Positions 12,901 to 24,626 of a stretch of 64,000 bases of DNA are shown piece by piece (position 1 is the first letter of the stretch; each line of letters opens with the position of its first letter). Source of the stretch: Acanthaster planci (taxonomy: Eukaryota); NCBI RefSeq assembly GCF_001949145.1, contig NW_019091355.1, positions 1,945,107 through 2,009,106 on the forward strand. The letters run 5' to 3'. The position numbers and the translations under genes were made by a program. The notes below the pieces were generated by a model that was not told where the DNA came from, did no database searches, and saw nothing but the letters and a program-made list of their open reading frames with translations.

Positions 12901-15900
12901 AAAAAGGTGAGGAAAACCCCCAAGAATTGCATTGAAGCAGGCTGTTTAGAAAAGAAATTGTACCCCAGAGAGTCTCCAACTTGGGTCTTAAAGGTGTCAG
13001 TGACCCAAACTTAACAATATGGTACATGAAAAGATTCACCTTCAGATCATGTGTAAGGTCGGGAAAAACAGCTGATGTGCACAATATGCCTGATTGGTCT
13101 ACACTATTGATCAATTCTGCATGAAACCTCCAATTTTACTTTTCTCTTTTTTTGAAACTGTCTATCACAATACGGGCATTTCACAATAGTGCGCCACCAA
13201 GAGTTTGCAACGCCTTGGCCAATCACAGTGCGCGAATTCTGTCAACCAATGTGCGTTTAGAAAGAATCGACAGATTTCACACGTTGTGATTGGCCGACGC
13301 GTTATAAACTCTTGGTGGCGCACTATTGTGAAATCGCCCTTATTGTGAATTAGAAAGAGATGGTGATTGGCTGGTGGTGGAATTATCGACAGATTGTGCG
13401 ATAAGATCGACTAATTGTGCAAAACTCCAGAGATCACACATATTGACTGATTATGCGCAACATGTACATATCTTCCAGCCCGTACTGGTTATCTGAGCTT
13501 TGGGTTTTTGGATGTACCTGTGACAGGATGTTAGCGCATTGCTGCAGCAGCGACACTGGAGGTTGGCCCAGCCCAGTGGCAAGCTGCACCCGCAGCAGTT
13601 GCTCCTTCTGGGCGGTGTTGTCCTTGAGGGCGTGGGAGAGCGCGATGGCGGCACACCAGTTGGACAGGGAGTCCTGACTGAACAGACCACCGCAGAGAAG
13701 CTGGCCCGCGGTCACTGCCGACACTAGGAGGAAGAGAGATGGGAACACCGTTCAGTGTGGACTTTCGAATTTCCAGGATTATCCTGTGACCAGAATTAGG
13801 AACCATTACTGCAGTGCAATCGTGGCGGTCTACAAAAGTGGCGCATACCATCTGCCGTGGCGGGGAGTAGCGTGGAAATAATCTGCTCCTGTCCCACTTC
13901 ATTCTTGTAGAGGAAACACTGGAAGCAGTAGAGGACAGCACAGCGGAGAACAAATGGTTGCTTCTCATTGACCATGGACATCAGCAGGACGACAATCGCT
14001 GGTCTACAAATTAAAAATTCTACTTTAAAGTCACTGCCCATGCAGTTCTCATCAACGCAAAACACTGTCAAACCCATCTTGTCAGCCATCCAAAAGGTTA
14101 AGCTAGCTGATAGGTTATAGTGCTTGCCACTGACTTGATGGGGCGAGCGAATTTGAATTGAAATCTTACTTTGTGGCATTACGTTTACCTCTAAATTTAA
14201 TAACAAATTACACACTTTGACTTTTTGGTACAAATGCTCCTTTTGATACTAAATCTGTGCAACTTCTTGACATCTGAAAATGCTCTTCTAAAAATTTTAG
14301 TTTGGCTAACACTGTCAGCCTAAAATCTGGCTAACTGAACCAGTTTAGAAACAGTGGTTCTTAAGTTTGTTACCGGAGCAGAAAAGATAGAGAAGCACCT
14401 GCCCAAGAAAAAAAAAACATACTTAGGGGAAGTCTAGAACAAAGAGAACAGTTTAGAAGTCATGAAATGCCAGCAGAGCTCCAGCTCTCCGATTTTTAAG
14501 CTGCTCAGATGTGAGATCCTACCTTGGCGGGGTGGAAGGTGCATTGACGGCGGCAAAGAAGTCCTGGTTGACCTTACAACCTCTGATGACCTCTGACACA
14601 GTGTTGATTGTCTGCAATCACAAACGAAAGGGGAAAAAAACAGAAATCATACGCTGCCAACATTTGCTGTTAAAACCCCATTAATGTACAAATAGACAGA
14701 CACCAGTCTACAGCTAAAATGTTCCATCAATGAAACATTCCAAAGTTTGCAAGCTTTTCAAGGCATTCTTATTGTTGGTATATACACAGAAATTGATTTT
14801 TGGTAGCATAAACATTTTCAATGAGTTCAGTAAAGGACAGTTATCAACACTAACCATGTCTGATTCTTCTAATGAAGCACAGTTCAAATACATCTTTAAT
14901 TCTTGAAACAATTGTTATTTTCTTCGAAACTTTAAATTGTTTGTTGGGACAACTTTAAATTTCTCAATAAGTTGTCATGTTTGTTTCTGTGCGAGGCTGT
15001 GTCAGAATTACTTGACAGTGGCTTTGAATTACACACAAATCTCTAAGAAGTGGCTACAGCTACAACCAGAGACTCATGTGTAATTTCCAGCCGCAGCCAT
15101 GAAATTCGGACAAGGCGTGACTGCCAGCCTCATGATAAGCCCTTCATGTCCCATCACCTCAGTCAGGATATCGGCCGGAACCCCGCTGGCCATGAGGATG
15201 CTGCACAACTGCTTGAGTAAACCGCAGGAGTGGATCAACTTCTGGCAGGCGCTGGTCGCTTGCTGGGGATTGTTGGGAGAAACCAGGCTCCGTATGACCT
15301 GACAAAAGAGCATGGGAGAAGTTCCTGTGCAAAATCAGCGAGCATTTACATATGGTACCAATCAACCAATTTCTAGTGGAAACAGGCACGGAGGAACTTT
15401 GCTTTGCAAATCTGCAATCTTTGAAGCAAGATTGAAATTAGGCTTAACTAATTAAGTTACATTTTAAAAAAATGCTAAAAAAAAATTTCAAGGCGATATG
15501 CCTTATTCTTCAATAAAAGAGTCTTAAACAGTTCTGTATAAACGATCAGAAAATTGAGTCTCTCACCTGTAGCATGTGATGAACGTTCTTGACTTTCTGT
15601 GTTGACCATGTGCCGTCTGGATTTTGTGGTACCAGTGTTTGGAGTTCAAAGAACGGAGACAGGCGTTGAATGAAACTGTAGCCAAAAAATACAAAGATGT
15701 ATCAGCTTTGAACTGATCTAAAAACAATGCACTTTGCTTATTTCTTGTGTGGCCTTGCTGGATGTATTTGATAAATTTTAACAACAGCTACGACAGGATG
15801 AGGCAGTGATGTGCTCACCCGCTACTCAAGCTAAAAGCAGGGCTCTACAGCATGTTCATATCATTCTAGAATCATTTGGTACTAACATCCACAAAAGGCA

Positions 15901-18900
15901 AGCGAGTGGATGAGCTCTTGTGGAGATTTTTTTCCACAGAATGTGCACAAAAATGAAACAGGAAATGGTGCTTAGCCAATTTGTGTTTTAAGCAAAACTC
16001 AGCTGGGAACCAGCCACATGATATAAACAATGAATGACACTATGCCTGGTAACCAGTTTTGTCAGGGAAAAATTTCCCTCACAGATCAACTTTCTATGCT
16101 TAGCTCCTCTATTCAACTGTTCCCAGCTGACGGTAACTTTAAGCATGATCACTGTGGAGTGTTCTACACTTGAACAGCATTCCAGAATGCCATCTCGAGG
16201 GGGTTTCTGGTCTTACCTCCCCTCCTTGAAGAAGGTCTGGTTGGAGCTGTTCTTCTTGAGCAGGTTGAGGAGCAGTTGCAAGCAGTCCTCCACCACGATG
16301 CCACCGTCGCTTCCCCCTTCCTCCATGATGATCCTCAGCAGTAGGTCAAAGGCATTCTCAAAGGCCACAATCTTCTGGATGTTGGCATTGCCCTTGGTCA
16401 GGGCAGTGAGCAGTAACAGGCCCTGCGGCAAATTTGGAGGACAAAAAGCACGTGTCTTGGTCACTTTTTTTTACAGAAAAGCATCACTACTAATGACATC
16501 CACTTTACATCTAACAGCCAGATCCTAATCACAAAATAATGAACCAACAGTAAGTATGCAGGATACTCCACACTGGAATAACTGTAAGTGGCCAAAGTAT
16601 CTTTAAAATCAAATAACACAGAATGCAATGTGATTTCTGACAGACACCCTCCTTGTGAGAGTTTCCCTGGATCTCATTTTTAAAGATTATCCCAGAAAGG
16701 GACAGTTCATTTGAACAGCTTTTGATATGACTTGAGATTATGACTTGTGATGTGCTCACAAAAGTGAACATTAAAATGATAAGCCTTTTTTTGAGTCGCT
16801 CTCAAAGCAAAACGAGTTCCAAGGCCAAAGACAAGAGTAAACTCAGCTCTTAGGGTCTGATGTATCACCCAGTCTAGCATCCTGATGAAAATAAACATGA
16901 TGTGCATGACAAGAGTTCCCAGTTCCAACTGATTTTGATTAGTGAAAGATTCTTTCAAAGGGCCTTCAACTCAAAGAGTGGCTCTGGTGACTTGCGACTC
17001 ATTCTGTCTGGGTGAGTCACAATTGCTGGTGTGGATTTGGATTAGAAGACAAACAAATCAGTATTTTCTCACGTCGTTCCTGATGACTTCCCGGCTGTCT
17101 GACAGCAGGTCCATTAGCTTGGAGACACCCATGGGACTGACCAGGATGATCTGCTGGACTTGGCTGGACCGCAGGTTGATCAGGGCGGTCATCAGACGGA
17201 TGGCTGGCCAGCGGATACGGAACTCATACTCCTGGCAGAAGAGCACGTCATAAAACGGTTTACAAAACTTAGGTAGGCTATGCATAAAAATGTGTTGTCC
17301 ACACAGAGCAACGGCAATCTATGTTAACTGCGTAAACATTCTGTGTAACCTTAAACTGCATTACATGTTTAAAGATCTTGCGGAGTTGACAACAGAAACC
17401 TTAACTGCAACAAACTATATACCACTGTTGGAGTTGAGTCCATCACAAGTCCTTTCACAAGTACAGCCGCAAGTCCCCTCACATGGCTGGTCATAAGTAA
17501 CAGGGAGAATGCGTTTGTCACAGTTCATTTGAACAGCATGTGCACTGGGTGAAGACAGAATGACTTGTGATGGATAGACCCCTGGACTCACGATGGACTT
17601 GCAGAGACTTGGGATGGACTCAACCACAACACTACCAAATACATTCTATATTGTTCATGGTTCACACATAGAGGGCAGAATAGCCAAAGCATAAACCTTA
17701 ACTTCCTGATACGTAATCAGGTGCTTTCAGGGTCAAGCACCTGTAGGCAGATTCTAATAACTGGATTTTCCTACCTCCAGGAGACCAAGCATGAGGGTGA
17801 TATTTTCGGTCTTGTTGAGGAAGATGTCAACAAAGTGCTCACTGAGTTGTCTGATCTCCCGTTCTCTGGCGTCTACATCGATGTGTTCATAGTCATCTGC
17901 AGTAACGCAGGCACAAATCAAACTATCATGAAATGCTAAGTGGTTCACTTTTGCTGACAACATGTGTACACTTTTAGCCAAACTCACAGAGTCATCCTGC
18001 TACAACCTTCCATGTGAGAAATCCACAACTGTGCAAAACAGCCTCGGTGGCACATTCACATTGCACGTACTTATGAGGACCATCAAGTCTCCTATAGGCA
18101 TGTTAGTATGATGGGACCAGATGGAATTGGATTCTCACCGTCTTCTTCTTCGATGGTTGGGCAGATGATGTTCAGCAAGGTCTCCAGGGCATAGCTGGCA
18201 ATCTCTGGGTCACTCCGATCCGTCTGTAAGATTCCCAACAGTACCTCCATGCACTGGGTCCCAACCTCAAAGCGAAATTTCTGGCAACGGAAGGTTTTTA
18301 AAAATGCTCATCGTGACATTTCCTCTCATCCCGTCGGGACCGTCATACTCAAATGCTTCAGTACACTTTGATACACAAATTGTATCACTTGACTGAGTTT
18401 TAACCAGAAAGCCTACTACTTGTCAAATTTGAACTGGTGTAATAAAGTTTATGTCAATTCTCACCATCATCCCTAACAGAGCGATCACACTTATTTATGT
18501 TAAGCCCCAACTATAGAATCTATATCAACCGTACTGGTACCTAGTTGGGACAGTTCTGACAATAGGGATACAGTTGTGACAGTCCCAACTACAGCAAAGG
18601 GAGCCAGGGTGTGCCAGCGTCATTTGGTTTATAGTGGCAATTCAAGCTTCATGCTGAAACTAGGTTTTATGTCATGGATGAAAAATGCCAGGTTGGCATA
18701 TTTTGGATGAATTAATTCGTTACGTGTGAGCTGTATAACTTTGGGGAAGACTGATACATTTCTACAGAAACTTGCCAGCTACAGCACCATAGTCCCAACC
18801 ATATATAATACTAGCTTCTTATGCATAGGAGTACCACCAGCCAGCAAGATTAAGCAAGATTTAAGAGACAAACAATATTCTTGCCCTTTTAAAACTGTCT

Positions 18901-19738
18901 GTTCCTTTTAAATTTTTTAATGAACAATTCACTTTTTGAATCGCGAGATTTCTGTCTCTTTTCATTTGAATCTGCTTGAAACAAGCCCCCATAGTGCAAT
19001 TTTTTTCATTTCAAACAAAAGAAAATTCTCCCTTCCTTTACATGAATTTTGCATTTGAATGTTCAAGTTCCGAAAATAGACTCAATAATTGATCATATAT
19101 TCTGCACAGCCCTAGTAAACAATCGCCAAGGCAAATATTTGAGCCTTAAGGAGGCTCATCAAAGGAGACTGGAGACGTCATTTTCATTACCTTGGAGAGT
19201 GATTTCAATGCCCGTACCGCATCTCGTCTGTCATCAAGGAGAGTAGAGGACTTCACTCTATCACACAGTCGTGCAATCTTAGGAATGCAGGCAGGGAAAA
19301 GTGTCATTAACAGGTGCAACAACTTTTAATCACAGCTTTATTGGGAAAAATCTTCCTTGCAGTGATTTATCAGCCATCTGACATGATGAAACTTCACTCA
19401 GTGAAAGTAATAAAATGTCCTAAAAAGTCCGATTAAACAGTAAAAGTATTGAGGAATTCACCTTAAACACTTAGAATGTTTCAGATCAGTCTTGTAGGGT
19501 TTGTGCTCAGGGTGTCAAGTGGTGTCCGTACATGGAATTCTTTCCCTTTATAAGACCACTAGCGTAATTTAGTGTACAAACATGACAAAAGGAAACGGGC
19601 AGGACTGACGCGTTAATTTAATAAGCTACACAAACGTAAAGTGGGCAAACGGAAAACACTACCAGCACTTACCGTTTCAGCTCCAGACGGTTGAGCTGCG
19701 GTGTCACTGGACCCAAGAACAGACCGAAACCAACTCAT
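6918..19738 (-). CDS. USO1: General vesicular transport factor p115 (USO1), ~987 aa, 20 exons
   Basis: Exons 19738-19673, 19277-19191, 18280-18139, 17896-17775, 17231-17073, 16422-16217, 15675-15567, 15298-15158, 14611-14523, 14003-13849, 13723-13518, 12895-12782, 12616-12498, 11783-11602, 11031-10925, 10518-10380, 9738-9566, 9286-9092, 8694-8317, 6992-6918 join in frame. Diagnostic motifs SSTLLDDRRDAVRALKSLS, SPMGVSKLMDLLSDSREVIRND, IQKIVAFENAF, QKEQLLRVQLAT, coiled coil with EQDDVLVL, acidic tail. Confidence 0.96.
7260..7726. mobile_element. hAT-like non-autonomous element rich in CAAGT repeats
   Basis: Exact 8-bp TSD GTAATACC (7252-7259 and 7727-7734); imperfect TIR CTGAGGTGG/CAACTCTG; body of tandem CAAGT pentamers. 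A related fragment lies at 21587-21717. Confidence 0.85.
9884..10216. mobile_element. Palindromic MITE family A, long diverged copy
   Basis: Ends GGCGATTCACAAT/ATTGTGAATCGCC and GTGCGCCACCAAGAG shared with the copies at 13173, 28765 and 46490. Confidence 0.75.
12617..12781 (-). other. U12-type (minor spliceosome) GT-AG intron in USO1
   Basis: 5' splice site GTATCCTTT (12781-12773); branch site TCCTTGAC (12641-12634) with the branch A ~18 nt from the AG; flanking exons join in frame (NVPF|LTAQ). Confidence 0.88.
13173..13340. mobile_element. Palindromic MITE family A
   Basis: Near-perfect ~168-bp foldback: TTTCACAATAGTGCGCCACCAAGAGTTT...AAACTCTTGGTGGCGCACTATTGTGAAA. Confidence 0.85.
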
Positions 19739-20500
19739 TTTTAACTAAAGGTAGTATTAAACTCGACTCTACGAGTAAAATCGACGCTTTTTAGCACCCG
19801 ATCAAAGCTTACATCTGTTCTCACGCGCGTGGGAATGATACGTGGCTGACACCGGTTCATCGATGGCTCTCGGCATGAGAACGCTTGCTTTGGCGTGTTG
19901 TATCGTTGGCAAACCAGCGAAGCATTTGGTTCAGATGGAGTAGAGATGTTTTCACCAGTCCTCCGAATGTTTTGTTCATTGAGAGCCCAACTTGAACACA
20001 TTCGGGTCAGGATTGATTGATTTCACCGCAGGCTGATTTTTATTAACCCACTTCAAGTTGAAACATAAGCTCAAATATTTTTTTTTTAAGAAGTCAGTAA
20101 ATCGATGCACAGATATTAAAGACTGTCTCTAGTAATCAAACATATAGTGGGATCGACTCGCAAGGACTACTTGGAAGTTGCATGTTTATACGCCAGGAGT
20201 TACGAACAATTTTTTGAACCCTTTGTCATTGAAGAAAAAGCCCAGTTAATTTGTTTGTTCCACTCTTGAACGGCACAACGTTTCCATCTCCAACTTCCCC
20301 CGTAAAGAATTATTGGCTATCCCGTCCCTCCCCTTTACTTCATGTCGTTGGCATTTGGAGAGAGTACGCCTACTTACAACATGTACACTGTTATGATGGC
20401 CACTACCGGCAGAAGGGGCCCCACTTTTTCCACGGAGGCATGTCCCCACTTTATGCAGGGCCTATAATTGATCTCCATTAATATAATGGAGATAAGGTAC

Positions 20501-21544
20501 TGTGACGTGACAGAGGGCGCTAGTCACCAGGCGCGGTGCAAAGTTATAGATGGCGCTCTGCCCAGTAACAGAGGCATATAGGCGCGCATAGCTGTGTGTT
20601 AAGCGAGCGCAGCGCATAGGCTCCGCCTTGTGCGTTGTGCGATAGGGCAGCGGAAGTCACTGCTTGGTCACGTGAGCGCGTGCGTGGGCGTGGTCACAGC
20701 AGCGCAAAGGTTATAAAAGGCGCGCGCAGTCAAGGTCCTGCATGCAATTAATTGGGCTGATCCGATCCTGTGGTAAGGGTTGAAAATCCTATGCAAGGGT
20801 TAAAACCACCTAGCCTAGTGTGACTGTGCCTAAGTCCCGAGTGCGTGTGTAGTTGAGGGGCTCGGTAGGTTGAGGGGCTAATTGGTGGTGCGGTATAGTT
20901 CCTGATAGGAGCTTGCGGTCGATGCAAGGGCGGATTGCTATCTCGCGACGTGAGTTGCGTGTAGTGCATCCCTGACAATAAGCCCCGTAAACTTGCTAAA
21001 GTCCCTGATTCGGCACTGGATGCCCACAATTAATTGTGGTGTTCGCTGCTTTGGGCGAAGTCCGGTCACGTATAATCACACAGTCTCCCCCGTCAATAGC
21101 GCCCTCTGCTGGTATATTGGTTGAGTGTGTTGATGAATAAACCAGCCGCTTATTAATTGTTGTATATAAGTCAGGTGTCCAGGCGAAGTTTATTTCAAGT
21201 CAGGTCTGTCTGGGTTACGTCATTAAGTTTCGACCAATCAGATTAGCCATCATCTCGACGAAGACCAACTTTCTTGGGGCACGGTATACTCGGTCCCGAC
21301 GGACTCGTCCCTAGCCGCTCAGGGGCTCTCCGGTGTGCCGTCCGACGCGCCGCGCCTCGAGGAGGAGGGCGCCCTCGCCTTCGTCGGAGGGGCGCGGCGC
21401 CACAGAACTCACCCATTGAGATCAATGTACTCACCGCACCGTGGCGCATAGTTGCGCCATGAGGCGCGCAATATATGCGCGTTTGACGCTGAGCGCGTTG
21501 AGCACGCGTAACTAATGTATCTGGTTCGTGACTCTTCTGTCACA
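20501..21544 (+). mobile_element. GC/CpG-rich LTR-like island (possible solo LTR; right boundary uncertain)
   Basis: Begins TGTGAC and a GTCACA ends at 21544; TATAAAAG at ~20712; AATAAA at ~21136; composition differs sharply from the flanks. No convincing TSD. Confidence 0.45.
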
Positions 21545-21586
21545 ATCGCTGAAGCTGCGCGTTAACTTCTGGTTCTATGTAAACGG

Positions 21587-21717
21587 TAAAGTTGCTTACT
21601 CGAATCACGTCACTTGGACTCGAGTCGGACTCCAGTCGCTATTTTTGAGACTTGACTTGTGAACACCAGCTTCGACTTTGAGACTTGACTTGGACTTGCA
21701 AAAAACGACTTGTTACC
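21587..21717 (-). mobile_element. Fragment of the CAAGT-rich hAT-like element
   Basis: AGTTGC.TACTC..TCACGTCACTTGGACTCGAGTC and ACTTG repeats match the reverse complement of the right end of 7260-7726. Confidence 0.7.
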
Positions 21718-21953
21718 ATACGACACAAAAACCAGAAGCGTATTCTGGAACGCGTATGTGTAGGCGGGGGTGCTTCAGCGTACGCCATCATTAAGCGAAG
21801 GGGTCTGGAAAGTCGGCATTGCGCACGTACATACTTTATGGACGACCTCTATTTTGTTTGATTTTACGGTGCCATTCTCAGGTTGGTTAAATTTTGACTG
21901 CCAGCACATTATAAGATTCCAACCCTAACAAGCTATGACCGGCCAGCCAACAA

Positions 21954-22124
21954 GCTCGGTGGTGGAGTGGTTAAGACGTCTGCAATAATATGCAGGAGGT
22001 TGTGGGTTCGAGTCCCACCCGAGCAAGCTTGTAATTTTGTTGCAAGCTCTCGGACAAGCAATGAGCAAGGGCAAAACCCATTATATAAATTCGCATCTCC
22101 CCCAACGCAAAAAAAAAAAAAAAA
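21954..22124 (+). mobile_element. tRNA-derived SINE (or tRNA pseudogene) with A tail
   Basis: A-box TGGTGGAGTGG, B-box GGTTCGAGTCC, acceptor-like stem GCTCGG/CCGAGC (21954-22024). Anticodon loop is not 7 nt. Followed by ~85 nt of body and an A run. Confidence 0.75.
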
Positions 22125-22523
22125 CCTTGAAAAATAGTTAGGACTGGTAAATTTGAACGAGCGAGTTCCACTTTATTCAACAAATCGCTGTACAAATATT
22201 ACAAAAGCACTTCTGAAGTTTGAAGAGTAAATGTACAATTCTCTCATATATTTCATTGCTGGTGTCATACGAAATTTGGTCTCTCTCAATGGACTGTATC
22301 CCTTGTGAATGCACGTGGTGACTCTCTTCCAATTTGTGTACGTGCATGCACAGTACAGCCCAATATGGATCCTTATCTCCCAGGGTCCAAATTTCATACA
22401 ACACTGTACTACATCGCTCTATACAAAAACTAGGAACCATCAGCCAATAACACCACTATTCTTTGGGCATCAACTGGTGAAAAAAAATACATGTACAGGT
22501 ACATGTAACGTGATGTACATGTA

Positions 22524-22687
22524 CAGTCGAACCTCGTTCATAAGAGCACTGTTAATACAAGATTTTGCTTATAAAAACGAAAAGTTTAGGTCCCAATCCT
22601 TTGTTTTCATAATTCAAGGTTCCGGTTACAACAAGGTAATTTGTTAAGCCCAAAGGGCCCCTTTAAGTCATAAACGAGGTTCGACTG
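22524..22687. mobile_element. Tc1/mariner (pogo/Tigger-like) MITE
   Basis: TIR CAGTCGAACCTCGTT...AACGAGGTTCGACTG flanked by TA on both sides. Confidence 0.85.
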
Positions 22688-23289
22688 TATTACTCCAACA
22701 GGTTGACCAACATTGGCTTCATTCAACAACAACAACAAATTCTCCATACTGGTAATGCAACGTCAAACTCTATACAAAGTAATCACAGTGCACTGATTTC
22801 TGTTCTCTTCAGTCTAGTTATGGAGATAAAAATATACACGTATGATGAAAAAAAAAGTAATCCTTCATTTAGAATCAAAATTACAAGTATACAAAAATCA
22901 TCAGGGATCACAATTTGCCAGAGCGTGACATAACCTAGACAAAAAAAATGGACTCTGTGTAATGGTAATCTTAAAGACGCCTCTTCTCAAAATCTTGTTC
23001 AACGTAATACCTTGTAAATTCAATATCAGTCACTCATGAATTGAAAGCTTGTAACGACTAACGATTAGTCCAAATTTGAAATCTTTGGCCTCCATCATCG
23101 CACACAATATCCAAGTACATTAATACAAAGCAATGGGTACAGCCTTCTTTTTTCATACAACCAGCACCTGTCCACAAGAGCTTTCAAGGATGGTAGGAAC
23201 TAACATCACAGCAGGGGCAAAATCAAGAGAAATTGAAAAATCGACGAAATATTCACGAGAGGTTTTGAGGGCCCCTCAAAAGTGCGAGG

Positions 23290-23790
23290 TCTATGGTATA
23301 CATTTGTGTTTGGCTAAATAGGTACCCTTAAAAACCCATTGCTTGTGTTCCGTATAACCGTACATCAAAACACTGTAATGGTAAGCTCAGGTTTTTCCAC
23401 ATTTTAAAACGGACTGTTTAAAAATCTTGAAGTCGGCAAAATGCTGATAAAAATTCCTGGAATCAGGACATATCCCGACAGATTTCAGCCCTGTTACAGA
23501 CTTTTAACAAAACTTAAACTGCAATTGTTCAAATTGACTGCACACACGCATGCGCACAATGCAAGATAACGGGGGGGGGGGTGAAATTAGAGTAGGAATA
23601 CAATATCCACAAAACAACCATACGTTTCGAGGGCTTACGGTAGTGTAGCATCTATAGGATTTTGTGTATGCCTAAAGTACCCCTTAAAATGCCACTTTTT
23701 CCTATATCACCTTTGCATGTAGAAACACCTTAATGGTAATGTCAGGATTTTCCAGATTTCAAACTCCTGCAGAAAAATCATGAAATCTGG
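23290..23790. repeat. Diverged direct repeat, two ~145-bp copies
   Basis: TCTAT..TTTGTGT..CTAAA..TACCC.TTAAAA...AAACAC..TAATGGTAA..TCAGG.TTTTCCA.ATTT at ~23290-23440 and ~23650-23790. Confidence 0.55.
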
Positions 23791-24626
23791 GAAGAAAACA
23801 ATCTCATCCCCAGGGTAAGCTCCTGGGGTAACACGTCCGCCACAAAGTCAAAAAGACAGTACAGTAGCAACAACCTCTCACTGTTCGTATTTGTACCTGA
23901 CAATTTTGTCAGAAAATTATAATTTTACTTGTCCCAAAAATTTCACTGAGAGATGGCTGTGCAAGCATTAGGGATTTCCATCCGTAAAATCAATCACCTC
24001 TTGGACTAAACAGGTGATTACTGCTCAAAGGAGATAACATTTAATTTTGGTTTGATACATGTATATACAAATAAAAATGCCAGAAAAAGTATTCACACTT
24101 CAAGTGGTCACACTTCAGATGCAAACAATGTGATGTTGCGATTTCAGGGTGCATTTGTAATTTGAGAGCTGTGAACTTGAATCAAATACATTATGCCACT
24201 ACGACCAGACAAGCTATCACAAATAGAAAAACTAAACTTCGTTCTTGATAAACAGGCTATTTATTAACAAATGGACGTGGCAGAGAACGAGCCCATCAGT
24301 CAACGACACCGCTGGGGTTAAAGGCTTTACTTAACTCGTAAACTACATGTACATGTATTTGGCGAATGAACCACGGGAAATGGGTGCTGGGACAAGAGTA
24401 TTCTATTGGACTTTGTAAGACTACAGAAATATTTCCATCGAGTTTCCCAGAAGAATATTTAGTAACCATTTTTGTTTAGGTTTAGCAGGTTATAACCAAG
24501 GTACTGCAAGTGCGTAGATGCTTACAGGTAGTCCTGCTTAACACCAAATACATGTATAACCAAGAGTTTCTGCGAGTTACTCTGCTTCAGCAACTCTAGG
24601 ATGCATTTCGTAGCTGGATTCTGTCC

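Noticed and set aside
21954..22025. Functional tRNA gene
   Set aside because: Anticodon loop is non-canonical and it continues into a SINE-like body and A tail.
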